The notes beneath the pieces were generated by a model. The model was not told the origin of the DNA, did no database searches, and saw nothing but the letters and a program-made list of their open reading frames with translations. From an uncultured bacterium (lineage in GTDB: Bacteria; Patescibacteriota; Saccharimonadia; Saccharimonadales; Saccharimonadaceae): DNA of 61,139 bases. The position numbers and the translations under genes are program-made. The stretch spans positions 1 through 61,139 of the forward strand of contig CBIHNH010000001.1 in assembly GCA_966211425.1 (NCBI GenBank), written 5' to 3'. Each line of letters starts with the position of its first letter. The stretch's first letter is position 1. Positions 16,041-25,385 of the stretch are shown piece by piece.

Positions 16041-16046
16041 ATGATA
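16041..16046 (-). promoter_or_regulatory. -10 box TATCAT 6 nt upstream of ATG 16034 (leaderless-type)
   Basis: Minus strand GCTATCAT-AATGTT-ATG. Confidence 0.4.
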
Positions 16047-16155
16047 GCGCGTGTTTGTTGCCAAAAGCACTTTCTTTTCACGATAAATATGGAGTTATAC
16101 TGAAAAGACCACCATCTTCCAGTCAAACATAACAAACTATTAGGGGGATTATTCT

Positions 16156-16572
16156 ATGAAAAAAGTCGCAACCAACACACTCGCAACATTGGTGCTAGTC
16201 GGGGTTATGAGCCTCAGTAGCCTCAACGTCTCAGCGATATCTGGCAACCAAGGCGTTAACGCTGACCGGCTCAATCTGAAACGTCTTGAGCGCGTTTACC
16301 AGCACCATGATCGTAAACATGAACTTCGCGCAAGCGTCCTCGGAATCAGTGCTGATGAGCTACGTGAGCAGCTAAAGGAGAAATCGCTCGATACGGTCGT
16401 AAAGAAGCACGGCTTCAAGAACCGACTTGCGTTTTACACCGCCGTAACCGGAAAGCTCAAAAACGAACTGCGCCACCGTGGTTGGAGTGAACGAAAGATC
16501 GAAGAACAGGTACAGAAGCGACTAGCAAGGTTCTCGTCGCAGCTGCCGAAAACGCTTGCTTTTAGCGTATAA
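16156..16572 (+). CDS. Secreted hypothetical protein (basic, helical)
   Basis: Signal peptide MKKVATNTLATLVLVGVMSLSSLNVSA. AGGGGGA SD. No family assigned. Confidence 0.7.
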   Translation: MKKVATNTLATLVLVGVMSLSSLNVSAISGNQGVNADRLNLKRLERVYQHHDRKHELRASVLGISADELREQLKEKSLDTVVKKHGFKNRLAFYTAVTGKLKNELRHRGWSERKIEEQVQKRLARFSSQLPKTLAFSV

Positions 16573-16580
16573 TATCTTTC

Positions 16581-17624
16581 ATGCAGCACGCCCTCCACTC
16601 TGAGCATCCTTTCCGAATATTTTTTATCTCAGCAGCGATCTCGATCGGATCTATCGTGGCGGTGTGGTACTACATGGGGCCTCAGGCGGCGTTCCTGACG
16701 TTTGTTCTGATGCTGGTCGAGGTAACATTTAGCTTTGATAACGCGATCATCAATGCTCGTGTCCTCGCTACTATGAGCCATTTCTGGCAGCAAATGTTCA
16801 TAACCGTTGGCCTGCTCATCGCCGTATTTGGGATGCGCCTGGTTTTTCCTATCGTTCTCGTTATGATGACGACAGGTTTAGGGGCGCCGCATGTTATCGA
16901 TCTCGCCCTCAATAACCCTGACGAATATTCGCGACAGCTCGATCTAGCTCATCCGCTTATTTCTTCCTTTGGCGGTATGTTCTTGTTGATGTTGGGGCTA
17001 GCATTTTTCTTTGACCCAGGGCGCAAAGTCTTATGGTTCGATATCTTTGAGCGTCCGCTCCAACGTATCGGAAAATGGTGGATCTATACCGGTATTGCCG
17101 TACTGATTATGCTCGCGATTGCAGCGTTGCCGTGGAATGAACATCCTCGTGAAACGATCGTCGCTGGTAGCCTTGGCATCGTGATCCAGTTGGCACTGAG
17201 TAAGGTAAGTGACCTGTTCACGGTTTCGCAGAAAAAAACCAAAGCGACACAGTCGATGATGGCTGGCTTTACGGCGTTTATGTACCTTATGGTACTTGAC
17301 TCGAGCTTTAGTTTTGATGGCGTGCTCGGTGCGTTTGCGATCACCCAGGATGTTATCTTGATAGCAATCGGCCTTGGGGTCGGCGCCCTGTGGGTTCGAT
17401 CGCTGACGCTGTTTATGGTTAAGAAACAAGTCTTAAATGTCTATCGCTATCTCGAGCACGGCGCTCACTATACGATCGTCATCTTAGCGTTCGTGCTGCT
17501 TGGGGGTCTGTTCATCCATATACCCGAGGTTATTGCAGGTCTGTCAGGCATAGCTATCGTGACTGCATCGATAATGAGTTCTATTGCGGAGACAAAGGCG
17601 GCCGGCAGTGCAGTTGCTCACTAG
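16581..17624 (+). CDS. Polytopic membrane protein, DUF475/TerC-like
   Basis: About 9 TM helices. EVTFSFDNAIINA and a second SFSFDGVLGAF repeat motif, as seen in DUF475-type proteins. Confidence 0.75.
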   Translation: MQHALHSEHPFRIFFISAAISIGSIVAVWYYMGPQAAFLTFVLMLVEVTFSFDNAIINARVLATMSHFWQQMFITVGLLIAVFGMRLVFPIVLVMMTTGLGAPHVIDLALNNPDEYSRQLDLAHPLISSFGGMFLLMLGLAFFFDPGRKVLWFDIFERPLQRIGKWWIYTGIAVLIMLAIAALPWNEHPRETIVAGSLGIVIQLALSKVSDLFTVSQKKTKATQSMMAGFTAFMYLMVLDSSFSFDGVLGAFAITQDVILIAIGLGVGALWVRSLTLFMVKKQVLNVYRYLEHGAHYTIVILAFVLLGGLFIHIPEVIAGLSGIAIVTASIMSSIAETKAAGSAVAH

Positions 17625-18063
17625 GCTTCTCGCAGACGGGACACTTGTACTTATTTTATTAATATCGGCCGGATTTATTCTGCACGCACTCCGAGGGAAG
17701 ACGTGGCTAAATCTACCTGTCCTTATCATGGCCGGCTTGACCTCATTGCTCGTCGGAAAGGTCATGAGTCTGCTCTATCAGCCGGAAGTCGCTCGACCGT
17801 TTCTCGAGTTGGGGCTTGAGCCAGGCGCCGCCTATATCGATAACCCAGGGTTTCCGTCAGATCACGCGCTTCTCGCGACGGTAGCAGTCGTTGCAGTCTA
17901 TTTTCTGACTCGAAATCGTCGTCTGAGCACGGCACTGATGCTCCTCGTCGTTCTCATGGCGGTTGCTCGAGTGGTTGCTCTCGTCCATACCCCGGCCGAT
18001 GTCGTTTTTGGCATGGTCGCAGGATTATCCGGGGCCGTATGGTACAAAAAATTGACAAAGTGA
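17584..18063 (+). CDS. Second PAP2-family membrane phosphatase
   Basis: FPSDHA and ARVVALVHTPADV motifs. The start is uncertain (TTG 17584 from the ORF track, GTG 17608 with an AAGG upstream). It overlaps the end of the upstream gene. Confidence 0.75.
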   Translation: MRRQRRPAVQLLTRLLADGTLVLILLISAGFILHALRGKTWLNLPVLIMAGLTSLLVGKVMSLLYQPEVARPFLELGLEPGAAYIDNPGFPSDHALLATVAVVAVYFLTRNRRLSTALMLLVVLMAVARVVALVHTPADVVFGMVAGLSGAVWYKKLTK

Positions 18064-18086
18064 TATAAAAGATCCACTATATAGCC

Positions 18087-18587
18087 ATGGCAGTCAAGAC
18101 TAAATCGAAATCACCGGCCCCGCAGTACGATCCGTATCCGTTTGACCTAATGGCCCTCGCACGTCTTCTTGTTATAGGGTTCGTCGTCGGAATGCTCGGC
18201 TGGTTGCTCTACTTGGGTATCGCGCAGTTTATTATCGAACCGATATTTTGCCGCAATGCTGACTCGTTCGGTGTCTGCCGTAACGGAGGCACGGTCGCTT
18301 GGGCGGCTGCGCAGGTGGTGGTGATGATCGCTGCTCTTGCGGCACTAGCTCGGCTAGCTGTCTATCGACCCCTGTTTATCATCTTGGGAGTATTCATCGC
18401 GCTTTGGTCTGCTCATGCGTGGCTCGGTGTATTGCCGTGGTGGGGCGCAATGCTTTGGCACGGCGCATTGTTTGCGCTGGCGTTCGCGGTATTCGGCTGG
18501 TTGGCTCGTATCCAGAGTTTTATAGTTGCGCTGATCATTGGACTTGTCGTTATCGTTCTCTCCCGCGTTATTCTGATGAATAGCTAA
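18087..18587 (+). CDS. Hypothetical integral membrane protein
   Basis: 166 aa with 4-5 hydrophobic helices. No family assigned. Confidence 0.7.
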   Translation: MAVKTKSKSPAPQYDPYPFDLMALARLLVIGFVVGMLGWLLYLGIAQFIIEPIFCRNADSFGVCRNGGTVAWAAAQVVVMIAALAALARLAVYRPLFIILGVFIALWSAHAWLGVLPWWGAMLWHGALFALAFAVFGWLARIQSFIVALIIGLVVIVLSRVILMNS

Positions 18588-18600
18588 ACGCACGCCGGGG

Positions 18601-18606
18601 TATACT
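18601..18606 (+). promoter_or_regulatory. -10 box TATACT 7 nt upstream of the rmuC ATG (leaderless-type)
   Basis: GGGGTATACT-GGGAGCT-ATG(18614). Confidence 0.45.
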
Positions 18607-18613
18607 GGGAGCT

Positions 18614-19696
18614 ATGGATATAACACTTATCGTTACTATTGCTGTTTTACTAGTCGGATTCGGGCTAGTTTTATGGGTTCTAAATAAAAACGCCGGCAGA
18701 CGACCTGATGATGGCGCAGCGCAGATGATTAAGCAAGATGTGTTGGAGTTGAGTAGGAATGTCGACGCGCTTCGACAGGGCCTACAGCAGACGCTCGGGG
18801 ACCGTCTCGATAAAAACCAGGCATTGATGCAAAACACACTGACGAAACAGCTTTCTGAGAGTGCGAAGCTGATAGCGGATGTGACTAACCGCCTCGCAAA
18901 ACTTGACGAGACCAACCGGCAGGTCAAGGACGTTGCAGATGATCTCCGGATGCTTCAGAACATCCTGCAAAACCCGAAACAGCGTGGAGTGCTTGGGGAA
19001 TATTTCCTGCAAACCGTGCTCGATAATGTCTTGCCGCCAGACCGATTTAGCTTACAGTACAAGTTCAAAAACGGCGACATCGTCGACGCGGTGATTTTCC
19101 TCGATAAAAATAAAGTACTACCGATCGATAGTAAGTTTTCACTGGAGAACTATAACCGACTCGTCGAAGAGACCGACAAAGCTAAACGTGAAGCACTCGG
19201 CAAGCAGATAAAGATCGACCTAAAAAACCGTATCGATGAAACGGCGAAATACATCAAACCGAGCGAAAACACCATGGATTTTGCGTTCATGTTTATTCCC
19301 TCGGAGGCGGTTTACTATGACCTCTTGATCAACAAAGTTGGCTCGGCGGGAGTTAGCGCACGGGATCTTATCGAATACGCCTTCACCGATAAGCACGTCA
19401 TCATTGTCAGCCCGACAAGCTTTATGGCCTATCTGCAGACTGTTATGCAGGGGCTACGCAGCCTACAGATCGAAGAGCAGGCAAAAGACATCCGGGTTCG
19501 CGTTGGTCAACTCGGTCGTCACATCGGTGCGTATGAGACCTATATGCAAAAGCTAGGGTCGAGCCTCGGTACGACAGTCAATCATTTCAATACCGCACAC
19601 AAAGAGCTTGGTAAGATCGACAAAGACATAGTTCGTATCGCCGAAGATAGCCCCGGCGTTGAACCGATGCTCATCGACAAGCCGCAGTCCGACTAG
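18614..19696 (+). CDS. rmuC: DNA recombination protein RmuC
   Basis: N-terminal TM, coiled coil, and a conserved nuclease-like C-terminal part (VLPIDSKFSLENY, FMFIPSEAVYYDL, IIVSPTSFMAYLQTV). Confidence 0.88.
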   Translation: MDITLIVTIAVLLVGFGLVLWVLNKNAGRRPDDGAAQMIKQDVLELSRNVDALRQGLQQTLGDRLDKNQALMQNTLTKQLSESAKLIADVTNRLAKLDETNRQVKDVADDLRMLQNILQNPKQRGVLGEYFLQTVLDNVLPPDRFSLQYKFKNGDIVDAVIFLDKNKVLPIDSKFSLENYNRLVEETDKAKREALGKQIKIDLKNRIDETAKYIKPSENTMDFAFMFIPSEAVYYDLLINKVGSAGVSARDLIEYAFTDKHVIIVSPTSFMAYLQTVMQGLRSLQIEEQAKDIRVRVGQLGRHIGAYETYMQKLGSSLGTTVNHFNTAHKELGKIDKDIVRIAEDSPGVEPMLIDKPQSD

Positions 19697-19712
19697 GCTT
19701 GGTGCCCTCATG

Positions 19713-19746
19713 AAAATACCCGCCTCTGCTTGAGGGCGGGTATTTT
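19713..19746. terminator. Bidirectional terminator between convergent rmuC and the MIP channel gene
   Basis: AAAATACCCGCCTC / GAGGGCGGGTATTTT stem (one bulge), 5-nt loop. A-tract and T-tract on either side. Confidence 0.85.
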
Positions 19747-19769
19747 GCGTAGAGCCGAGATGACTGTTT

Positions 19770-20669
19770 CTAGAGTTCGCGGCTCTTCCAAGAAAGACCG
19801 GCGAGGAGAAGGAACAAGTTCGTACCAACCGCAGCACCGATAAGCGTTCCGAGAACAACCGGAAGGGTGAAGTGGCTTGGGGTTTTCTGGCTTGCAGATG
19901 CGTCGCCCTGGCCGCTGATGCTCTTGTTGATAGACTCAACGTCGCGCTCGGTTTGCGCAAGCGCGATCGCTGGGTTGAGCGCTGCGCCCTGTGCAGCGAA
20001 GGTCTGGCTGACACTTTGGCTCTCACCACCCTGAACAGCTGTTTGTTCACGGTTTGCATTGGCAGTCAGTAGACCACCTGCAACAACGAGACCAACTGCA
20101 AGCGAGAGGCCGATACCGGCTGCGCGTGCGCCAGTGCTGGCGGTGTTCTTTAGCGTTGCGATCAAGCCAAAGAGGAATACGGCAGTACCGATGAGCTCAA
20201 GCCAAAAGATTCGCCAGTCCCACTGCGTGAAGCTGCTCATGTCGAGGTTCGAGCCATTACCGTTAAAGGAGCCGATAACCATCAGGGCTGCGAGGCCACC
20301 GATGAACTGAGCGAGCCAGTAAAAAGGAAGTTTAACGGTTTCGAGTTTGTTAACTGCCCAGAGGCCGAAGGTAACGGCTGGGTTGAAGTGACCGCCAGAA
20401 ATGCGGATCATAGCGATCAACAGAACGACGAGCGCGAGACCAACAAGCAGAGGTTGGTCGATCGGTGCGGTAAGTACAACCAGCGCGAGACCAAACGTAC
20501 CAACCGCTTCTGCTACTAACGCTTGTGGCGATAGCGACGCAAAACGGCTTACGCCAAGGCGGGTTACTTTTGTGTCAGCAACAACGCGACTGGTGGCAAC
20601 TTTTTTTGCCGTGGTGCGCGAGGCAGCTTTCGTTTTAGTTTTAGTAGTTGTCTTGGCTTTTACCGCCAT
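19770..20669 (-). CDS. MIP-family channel (aquaporin/glycerol-facilitator-like) with atypical extensions
   Basis: Two NPA boxes (GGHFNPAVTFG, AALNPAIALA) and 6 hydrophobic helices. Lys/Thr-rich N-terminal tail. AGGAGG SD. Confidence 0.85.
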   Translation of the reverse strand: MAVKAKTTTKTKTKAASRTTAKKVATSRVVADTKVTRLGVSRFASLSPQALVAEAVGTFGLALVVLTAPIDQPLLVGLALVVLLIAMIRISGGHFNPAVTFGLWAVNKLETVKLPFYWLAQFIGGLAALMVIGSFNGNGSNLDMSSFTQWDWRIFWLELIGTAVFLFGLIATLKNTASTGARAAGIGLSLAVGLVVAGGLLTANANREQTAVQGGESQSVSQTFAAQGAALNPAIALAQTERDVESINKSISGQGDASASQKTPSHFTLPVVLGTLIGAAVGTNLFLLLAGLSWKSREL

Positions 20670-20692
20670 AGCTATCCTCCTGAAAAGTTAGG

Positions 20693-20711
20693 TATAATGC
20701 GAAGTATAGCA
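20693..20711. promoter_or_regulatory. Back-to-back divergent -10 boxes for the ZIP (+) and MIP (-) genes
   Basis: TATAAT at 20693-20698 (+). TGCTATACT on the minus strand (20711-20703). Both genes have SD-containing leaders. Confidence 0.45.
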
Positions 20712-20766
20712 TGATTAGAATAACGGTAGAAGCCACCGAAGGCACACCAGGGAAGGCCAGGAAAGA

Positions 20767-21597
20767 ATGAATGATTGGTTAATGTTATTGTTGGCGAGCC
20801 TTGTAGGGAGCTTGTTTTCACTTGTCGGCGGTCTACTGCTGCTCGCCGGCAAAATATCCGTCGAAAAGGTACAACGGGTCGCAATCCCGTTTGCAGCCGG
20901 TGCGCTCCTTGCCGCTGCGCTGCTCGACCTCTTGCCAGAGGCGTTAACGCATGAAGCATCGACGATCACGGTGATGTCGCTGGTGCTCTGTGGTTTCGTA
21001 CTCTTTTTCGTATTGGAGCGTTTTTTGGGCTGGTTCCACCACCACAACTATCACCCAGGCTCAAGTGTTGACGTTAAAGAGAGACGCAGAAACTCTACGC
21101 GTTCACTTATCGTCGTCGGGGACACGCTTCATAACGCGATAGACGGTATGGTGATCGGTGCGGCGTTTCTCGCCGACCCAACAGTCGGAGTCATTACGAC
21201 GATAGCTATCGCTGCGCATGAAATCCCACAAGAGATTGGCGACTTCGGCGTATTACTGTCGCTCGGTATGCGCAGAAAAAATGTCTTGTTAGTCAACATA
21301 TTGTCGGCAGTCGTCACGGTCTTTATGGCGGCGGCCGTGTACGGTCTCGGATCAACGCTTGCGGCTATTGAACCGGTGTTACTCGCGCTTGCGGCTGGTA
21401 TGTTTATCTATATCGCTGCATCAGACCTGGTGCCGAGTATTCACGAGGAACCTAGTGCGCGGGTCGCAAATCTCCAGACGATGATTTTGCTATTTGGGTT
21501 GGTTCTTGTTGGGCTGACGACGACGTTAACGCACCAGTTTTTGGAAAACACCAACGTCGACCATCATCACGAAACATCTGATCACCGCGATGAGTAA
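20767..21597 (+). CDS. ZIP-family divalent metal transporter (ZupT-like)
   Basis: HNAIDGMVIGAAF, AIAAHEIPQEIGDFGVL, and a His-rich C-terminus (VDHHHETSDH). Confidence 0.88.
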   Translation: MNDWLMLLLASLVGSLFSLVGGLLLLAGKISVEKVQRVAIPFAAGALLAAALLDLLPEALTHEASTITVMSLVLCGFVLFFVLERFLGWFHHHNYHPGSSVDVKERRRNSTRSLIVVGDTLHNAIDGMVIGAAFLADPTVGVITTIAIAAHEIPQEIGDFGVLLSLGMRRKNVLLVNILSAVVTVFMAAAVYGLGSTLAAIEPVLLALAAGMFIYIAASDLVPSIHEEPSARVANLQTMILLFGLVLVGLTTTLTHQFLENTNVDHHHETSDHRDE

Positions 21598-21602
21598 GCC
21601 TC

Positions 21603-21611
21603 TGGTATCAT
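21603..21611 (+). promoter_or_regulatory. Extended -10 TGGTATCAT 6 nt upstream of ATG 21618 (leaderless-type)
   Basis: TGGTATCAT-AGATAT-ATG. Confidence 0.45.
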
Positions 21612-21617
21612 AGATAT

Positions 21618-21842
21618 ATGGCATTATTTCTCCGACAAGACGAACAACGTTCAGAAGTGCAAAAGCGCGTGGCTACGGAGCTCCAGGATCGCTTGCGTGA
21701 CAAAACAAAGATAAAAACCGAAGAGACAGACCCGGCAGTACTCGATGGTCAGCACACGACGAGCTCAGCCGGCATGGTGATGATCGTACTGTTTGTGCTG
21801 CTTATGATCGCGATCATTGTCTTCGCGGTTCGTATTTCCTAA
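21618..21842 (+). CDS. Small tail-anchored hypothetical membrane protein
   Basis: 74 aa. Charged N-terminal half and a C-terminal TM MVMIVLFVLLMIAIIVFAV. Confidence 0.6.
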   Translation: MALFLRQDEQRSEVQKRVATELQDRLRDKTKIKTEETDPAVLDGQHTTSSAGMVMIVLFVLLMIAIIVFAVRIS

Positions 21843-21857
21843 CTCCCCCAGAGAGGG

Positions 21858-21863
21858 TATACT
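21858..21863 (+). promoter_or_regulatory. -10 box TATACT 11 nt upstream of the pheS ATG
   Basis: GGGTATACT-TTTAGATAGAT-ATG(21875). No SD. Confidence 0.35.
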
Positions 21864-21874
21864 TTTAGATAGAT

Positions 21875-22915
21875 ATGACGCAGCTTGCTGATATTGCCCA
21901 GATTCGTGAAACCCTGTTGACGCGCTTTGAATCCCTAGATACGAAGAGCGATATCCTCAAAGCGCCCGAACTTAAGGCTCTGTTTGCGGCGATTCGTGAG
22001 GTTGACCCGAGTGAACGCGCCGCTTTTGGTCAGGCAGTCAATGTTCTCGGACAGGAACTACGTGAAAAGGTTGCAGGCGTCACCGAAGTGCAGGAGACAC
22101 TGCAGCCGATCGACGTCACGGCACCGTTCGACGTCAACGGGTCATTGCCAGTACTGTTGCCGAACGAACAGGGAAGCATTCACCCGCTCATGCAAGAGAT
22201 CGCGACGCTGTCAGACATCTTTGGGCGTATGGGCTTTGCGGTTGAAGAGTCGCGCGAGATCGATGACCAGTACCATATGTTCGAAACGCTGAACTTTCCA
22301 AAAGGTCACCCAGCACGAGATGATTACGATACCTTCATGACGGTTGAGACCGACGAGAACGGTGATTCACTCATCGCACCGGCCCACACGAGCACGATGC
22401 AAAACCGTGTCCTCCAGAAATACAAAACCAACCTGGACCGCGATGAACCGATTGCTGCGATCGTACCCGACAGAACGTTTCGCAATGAGGACCTCGATGC
22501 TCGACATGAGCATACGTTTTACCAGGTAGAGGGTATCTATGTGGCAAAAGGCGTTCATGCTGGCATGTTGATCGCGACACTGCAGGAGTTTTTGCAGGAG
22601 TACTACGGCAAACAACTCCAGGTTCGTGTTAACCCGTTTTATTTTCCATTTACCGAGCCAAGTTTTGAGTTCTCACTCAGCTGTCCGTTCTGTGATGGTC
22701 AAGGCTGCCATGTCTGTAGCCAGGAGGGCTGGATCGAGCTCCTCGGTTGCGGCATGATCCATCCACATGTCCTCGAAGCAGCCGGGATTGATCCGAATAT
22801 CTACACTGGGTTTGCCTTCGGTTGCGGTGTCGACCGTCTCGTCATGATGAAATACGGCATCGAAGACGTTCGTCATTTCCATTCAGCAAAGTTAGATTTT
22901 TTGAGGCAGTTTTAG
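21875..22915 (+). CDS. pheS: Phenylalanine--tRNA ligase alpha subunit
   Basis: Class II aaRS motifs (HPARDDYDTF, FRNEDLDARHEHTFYQVEG, GFAFGCGVDRLVMMKYGI). Confidence 0.96.
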   Translation: MTQLADIAQIRETLLTRFESLDTKSDILKAPELKALFAAIREVDPSERAAFGQAVNVLGQELREKVAGVTEVQETLQPIDVTAPFDVNGSLPVLLPNEQGSIHPLMQEIATLSDIFGRMGFAVEESREIDDQYHMFETLNFPKGHPARDDYDTFMTVETDENGDSLIAPAHTSTMQNRVLQKYKTNLDRDEPIAAIVPDRTFRNEDLDARHEHTFYQVEGIYVAKGVHAGMLIATLQEFLQEYYGKQLQVRVNPFYFPFTEPSFEFSLSCPFCDGQGCHVCSQEGWIELLGCGMIHPHVLEAAGIDPNIYTGFAFGCGVDRLVMMKYGIEDVRHFHSAKLDFLRQF

Positions 22916-22916
22916 T

Positions 22917-25382
22917 ATGAAAGTCAGCCTAAACACCATCAAACAGTACGCCGCCATCGGCCTACCCGTCGATGAGCTTGTCGCTAAGATTAACGGTCAG
23001 CTCGGTGGTGTTGAGCAGACCCTCGATCTCGGCGAGCGCTATAAAGACGCGGTGATCGCGGGTGTCACGAGATGCGAAAAACATCCAAACGCCGACAAGC
23101 TCTCGGTCTGTGAGATCGACGCCGGAACTGGCGAAAACATCCAAGTTGTTTGCGGTGCGCCGAACGTTCGCGAAGGAATCTTCGTTGTCTGGCTCCCGCC
23201 TAGCTCAACCGTACCCTCAACGTTCGACGACAAAGAGCCGTTCGTGCTCGAGCCGAAAGAGCTGCGAGGCGTCATGTCTAACGGCATGCTTGCCAGCGCC
23301 AGAGAGCTCGGTATCGGCGACAGCCACGATGGCATCTTAGAGATCGATCCGAACGAATGGAGGCCCAGCGACGTTGAGATCAAGCCGGGTGCTAGCTTTG
23401 CGGCAGCCTTCGGGTTTGATGACACGGTCATCGACATCGAAAACAAAATGTTTACCCACCGGCCGGATCTTTTCGGACAGCTCGGTGTGGCTCGCGAGAT
23501 TGCCGGCATCCAACACAACGTGTTTAGCTCACCTGACTGGTACAAGGTTTCTCCGGAATTTAACAGCGGTGATGGTCTGGAGCTGGCCGTAAAAAACGAT
23601 GCATTAGAGCTTGTGCCGAGGTTTATGGCTGTCGCGATCAAGAACGTTACCGTCAAACCAAGCCCGCTCTGGCTGCAGTGCGAACTGGTGCGTCTGGGCG
23701 CAAAACCGATCAACAATATCGTCGACGCGACGAACTATATCATGTTACTGACGGCTCAGCCGACGCATGCCTATGACTACGACAAACTGCGCGGCCACCA
23801 ACTCGGTGTTCGGATGGCCAAAATGGGCGAATCGATCACCCTGTTAAACCACAGGACGTATGAACTTGACCAGAGCGATATCGTCATCGTTGACGGCGAG
23901 GGCCCGGTTGGCCTGGCCGGCATCATGGGCGGCGGCGAGAGTGAAGTCGGTGATGAAACGACAAGCATCGTTCTAGAAGTCGCGACCTTCGATATGTATG
24001 CGGTGCGTAAGAGCAGTATGCGACACGGCGTGTTTACTGATGCGCTGACCCGTTTCAACAAAGGTCAGTCGCCACACCAGAACCCTTACGTGCTTGGACT
24101 TCTTATGTCAGTCATAGCGGATATCGCCAGTGGCGAAACGGCGAGTGAAATCTACGATGAACATTCTGCCATCAGTACACATGAGCCTATCGATATCACT
24201 CCGGCATTCATTAACGAACGTCTCGGTCTTGAGCTAGGCATTGACGACATCCGAACCCTACTTGAGAATGTTGAGTTCGCGGTCGAAGGCGATGAACCGC
24301 TTCGCATCACGGCGCCATTTTGGCGGACAGACATAGAGCGTCGCGAAGACATCATCGAAGAAGTTGGTCGCCTATATGGTTTCGATGCGCTGCCGCGTGT
24401 TTTACCTCGACGATCGATCAAACCAACTCCTACGAACAGTCGTCTTGAACTAAAACGGCAGATCCGCAGTATCCTCAGCGCCGCTGGCGCAAACGAGGTG
24501 CTTACGTATAGTTTCGTGCATGAAAACGTTATAAAAAAAGCTGGACAGGATAGTGCAGGCGCCTACCGGCTCGGCAATGCACTCAGTCCCGACCTCCAGT
24601 TTTATCGACTCAGTGTACTGCCGAGCTTGCTCGACAAAGTCCACGCTAACATCAAGGCTGGTCATGACGAATTTGCGCTGTTTGAGCTTGGTAAAGCTCA
24701 TCACTCCAGCCATGCCGATGATGACGGCCTCCCAACGGAAACGCACCTGCTCGATATGGTTTATACAAACAAGAGGCCACAAGCCGGAGCTGCCTATTAT
24801 CGTATTCGACGGTTGGTTGAGCGGCTGGCCGATGAACTTGGATTGGCTGTGGTTTTTGAAGCGCTTGATAGCGAGATTAACACGCCCGGTGCGGCTCCGT
24901 TTGTGCCTTCGCGTTCAGCTGTAGTAAAAACTCCTGGTGGCGCTGTGCTCGGTATCGTTGGCGAGCTAAAACCGTCTGTTCGTCGTTCGTTCAAGTTGCC
25001 CGAGTATACTGCGGCAGCGACGATCGCCGTCGATCATGTACACCAAAGTTTGACTGACGGTGGACGAAGCTATCAGCCGCTCTCGCGTTTCCCGAAAGTG
25101 ACTCAGGATATTTCACTCAAGGTTGGCTCTAACATTAACTACGCTGAACTTTACCAGGCTGTGTATGGTGAACTGGCTCGCAGTGTATCCCCGAAGACGC
25201 ACCAGTTCTCGTTGTCTCCGGTGTCTATCTATCAACCTGAGTTGACTAGCGATACCAAGACGGTGACGCTACGGCTCGAGATCGTGAGCTTTGAGCGAAC
25301 GCTGACCGACAAAGACGTCACTGGGCTTTTGGACGCTGTCGCCGCTACTACTGCTGAGTCTCTCGGCGCTGAACGGGTCTAG
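22917..25382 (+). CDS. pheT: Phenylalanine--tRNA ligase beta subunit
   Basis: 821 aa, starts 1 nt after the pheS stop. tRNA-binding domain (CEKHPNADKLSVCEID), B3/4, B5 and FDX-ACB-like C-terminus. Confidence 0.95.
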   Translation: MKVSLNTIKQYAAIGLPVDELVAKINGQLGGVEQTLDLGERYKDAVIAGVTRCEKHPNADKLSVCEIDAGTGENIQVVCGAPNVREGIFVVWLPPSSTVPSTFDDKEPFVLEPKELRGVMSNGMLASARELGIGDSHDGILEIDPNEWRPSDVEIKPGASFAAAFGFDDTVIDIENKMFTHRPDLFGQLGVAREIAGIQHNVFSSPDWYKVSPEFNSGDGLELAVKNDALELVPRFMAVAIKNVTVKPSPLWLQCELVRLGAKPINNIVDATNYIMLLTAQPTHAYDYDKLRGHQLGVRMAKMGESITLLNHRTYELDQSDIVIVDGEGPVGLAGIMGGGESEVGDETTSIVLEVATFDMYAVRKSSMRHGVFTDALTRFNKGQSPHQNPYVLGLLMSVIADIASGETASEIYDEHSAISTHEPIDITPAFINERLGLELGIDDIRTLLENVEFAVEGDEPLRITAPFWRTDIERREDIIEEVGRLYGFDALPRVLPRRSIKPTPTNSRLELKRQIRSILSAAGANEVLTYSFVHENVIKKAGQDSAGAYRLGNALSPDLQFYRLSVLPSLLDKVHANIKAGHDEFALFELGKAHHSSHADDDGLPTETHLLDMVYTNKRPQAGAAYYRIRRLVERLADELGLAVVFEALDSEINTPGAAPFVPSRSAVVKTPGGAVLGIVGELKPSVRRSFKLPEYTAAATIAVDHVHQSLTDGGRSYQPLSRFPKVTQDISLKVGSNINYAELYQAVYGELARSVSPKTHQFSLSPVSIYQPELTSDTKTVTLRLEIVSFERTLTDKDVTGLLDAVAATTAESLGAERV

Positions 25383-25385
25383 CGC

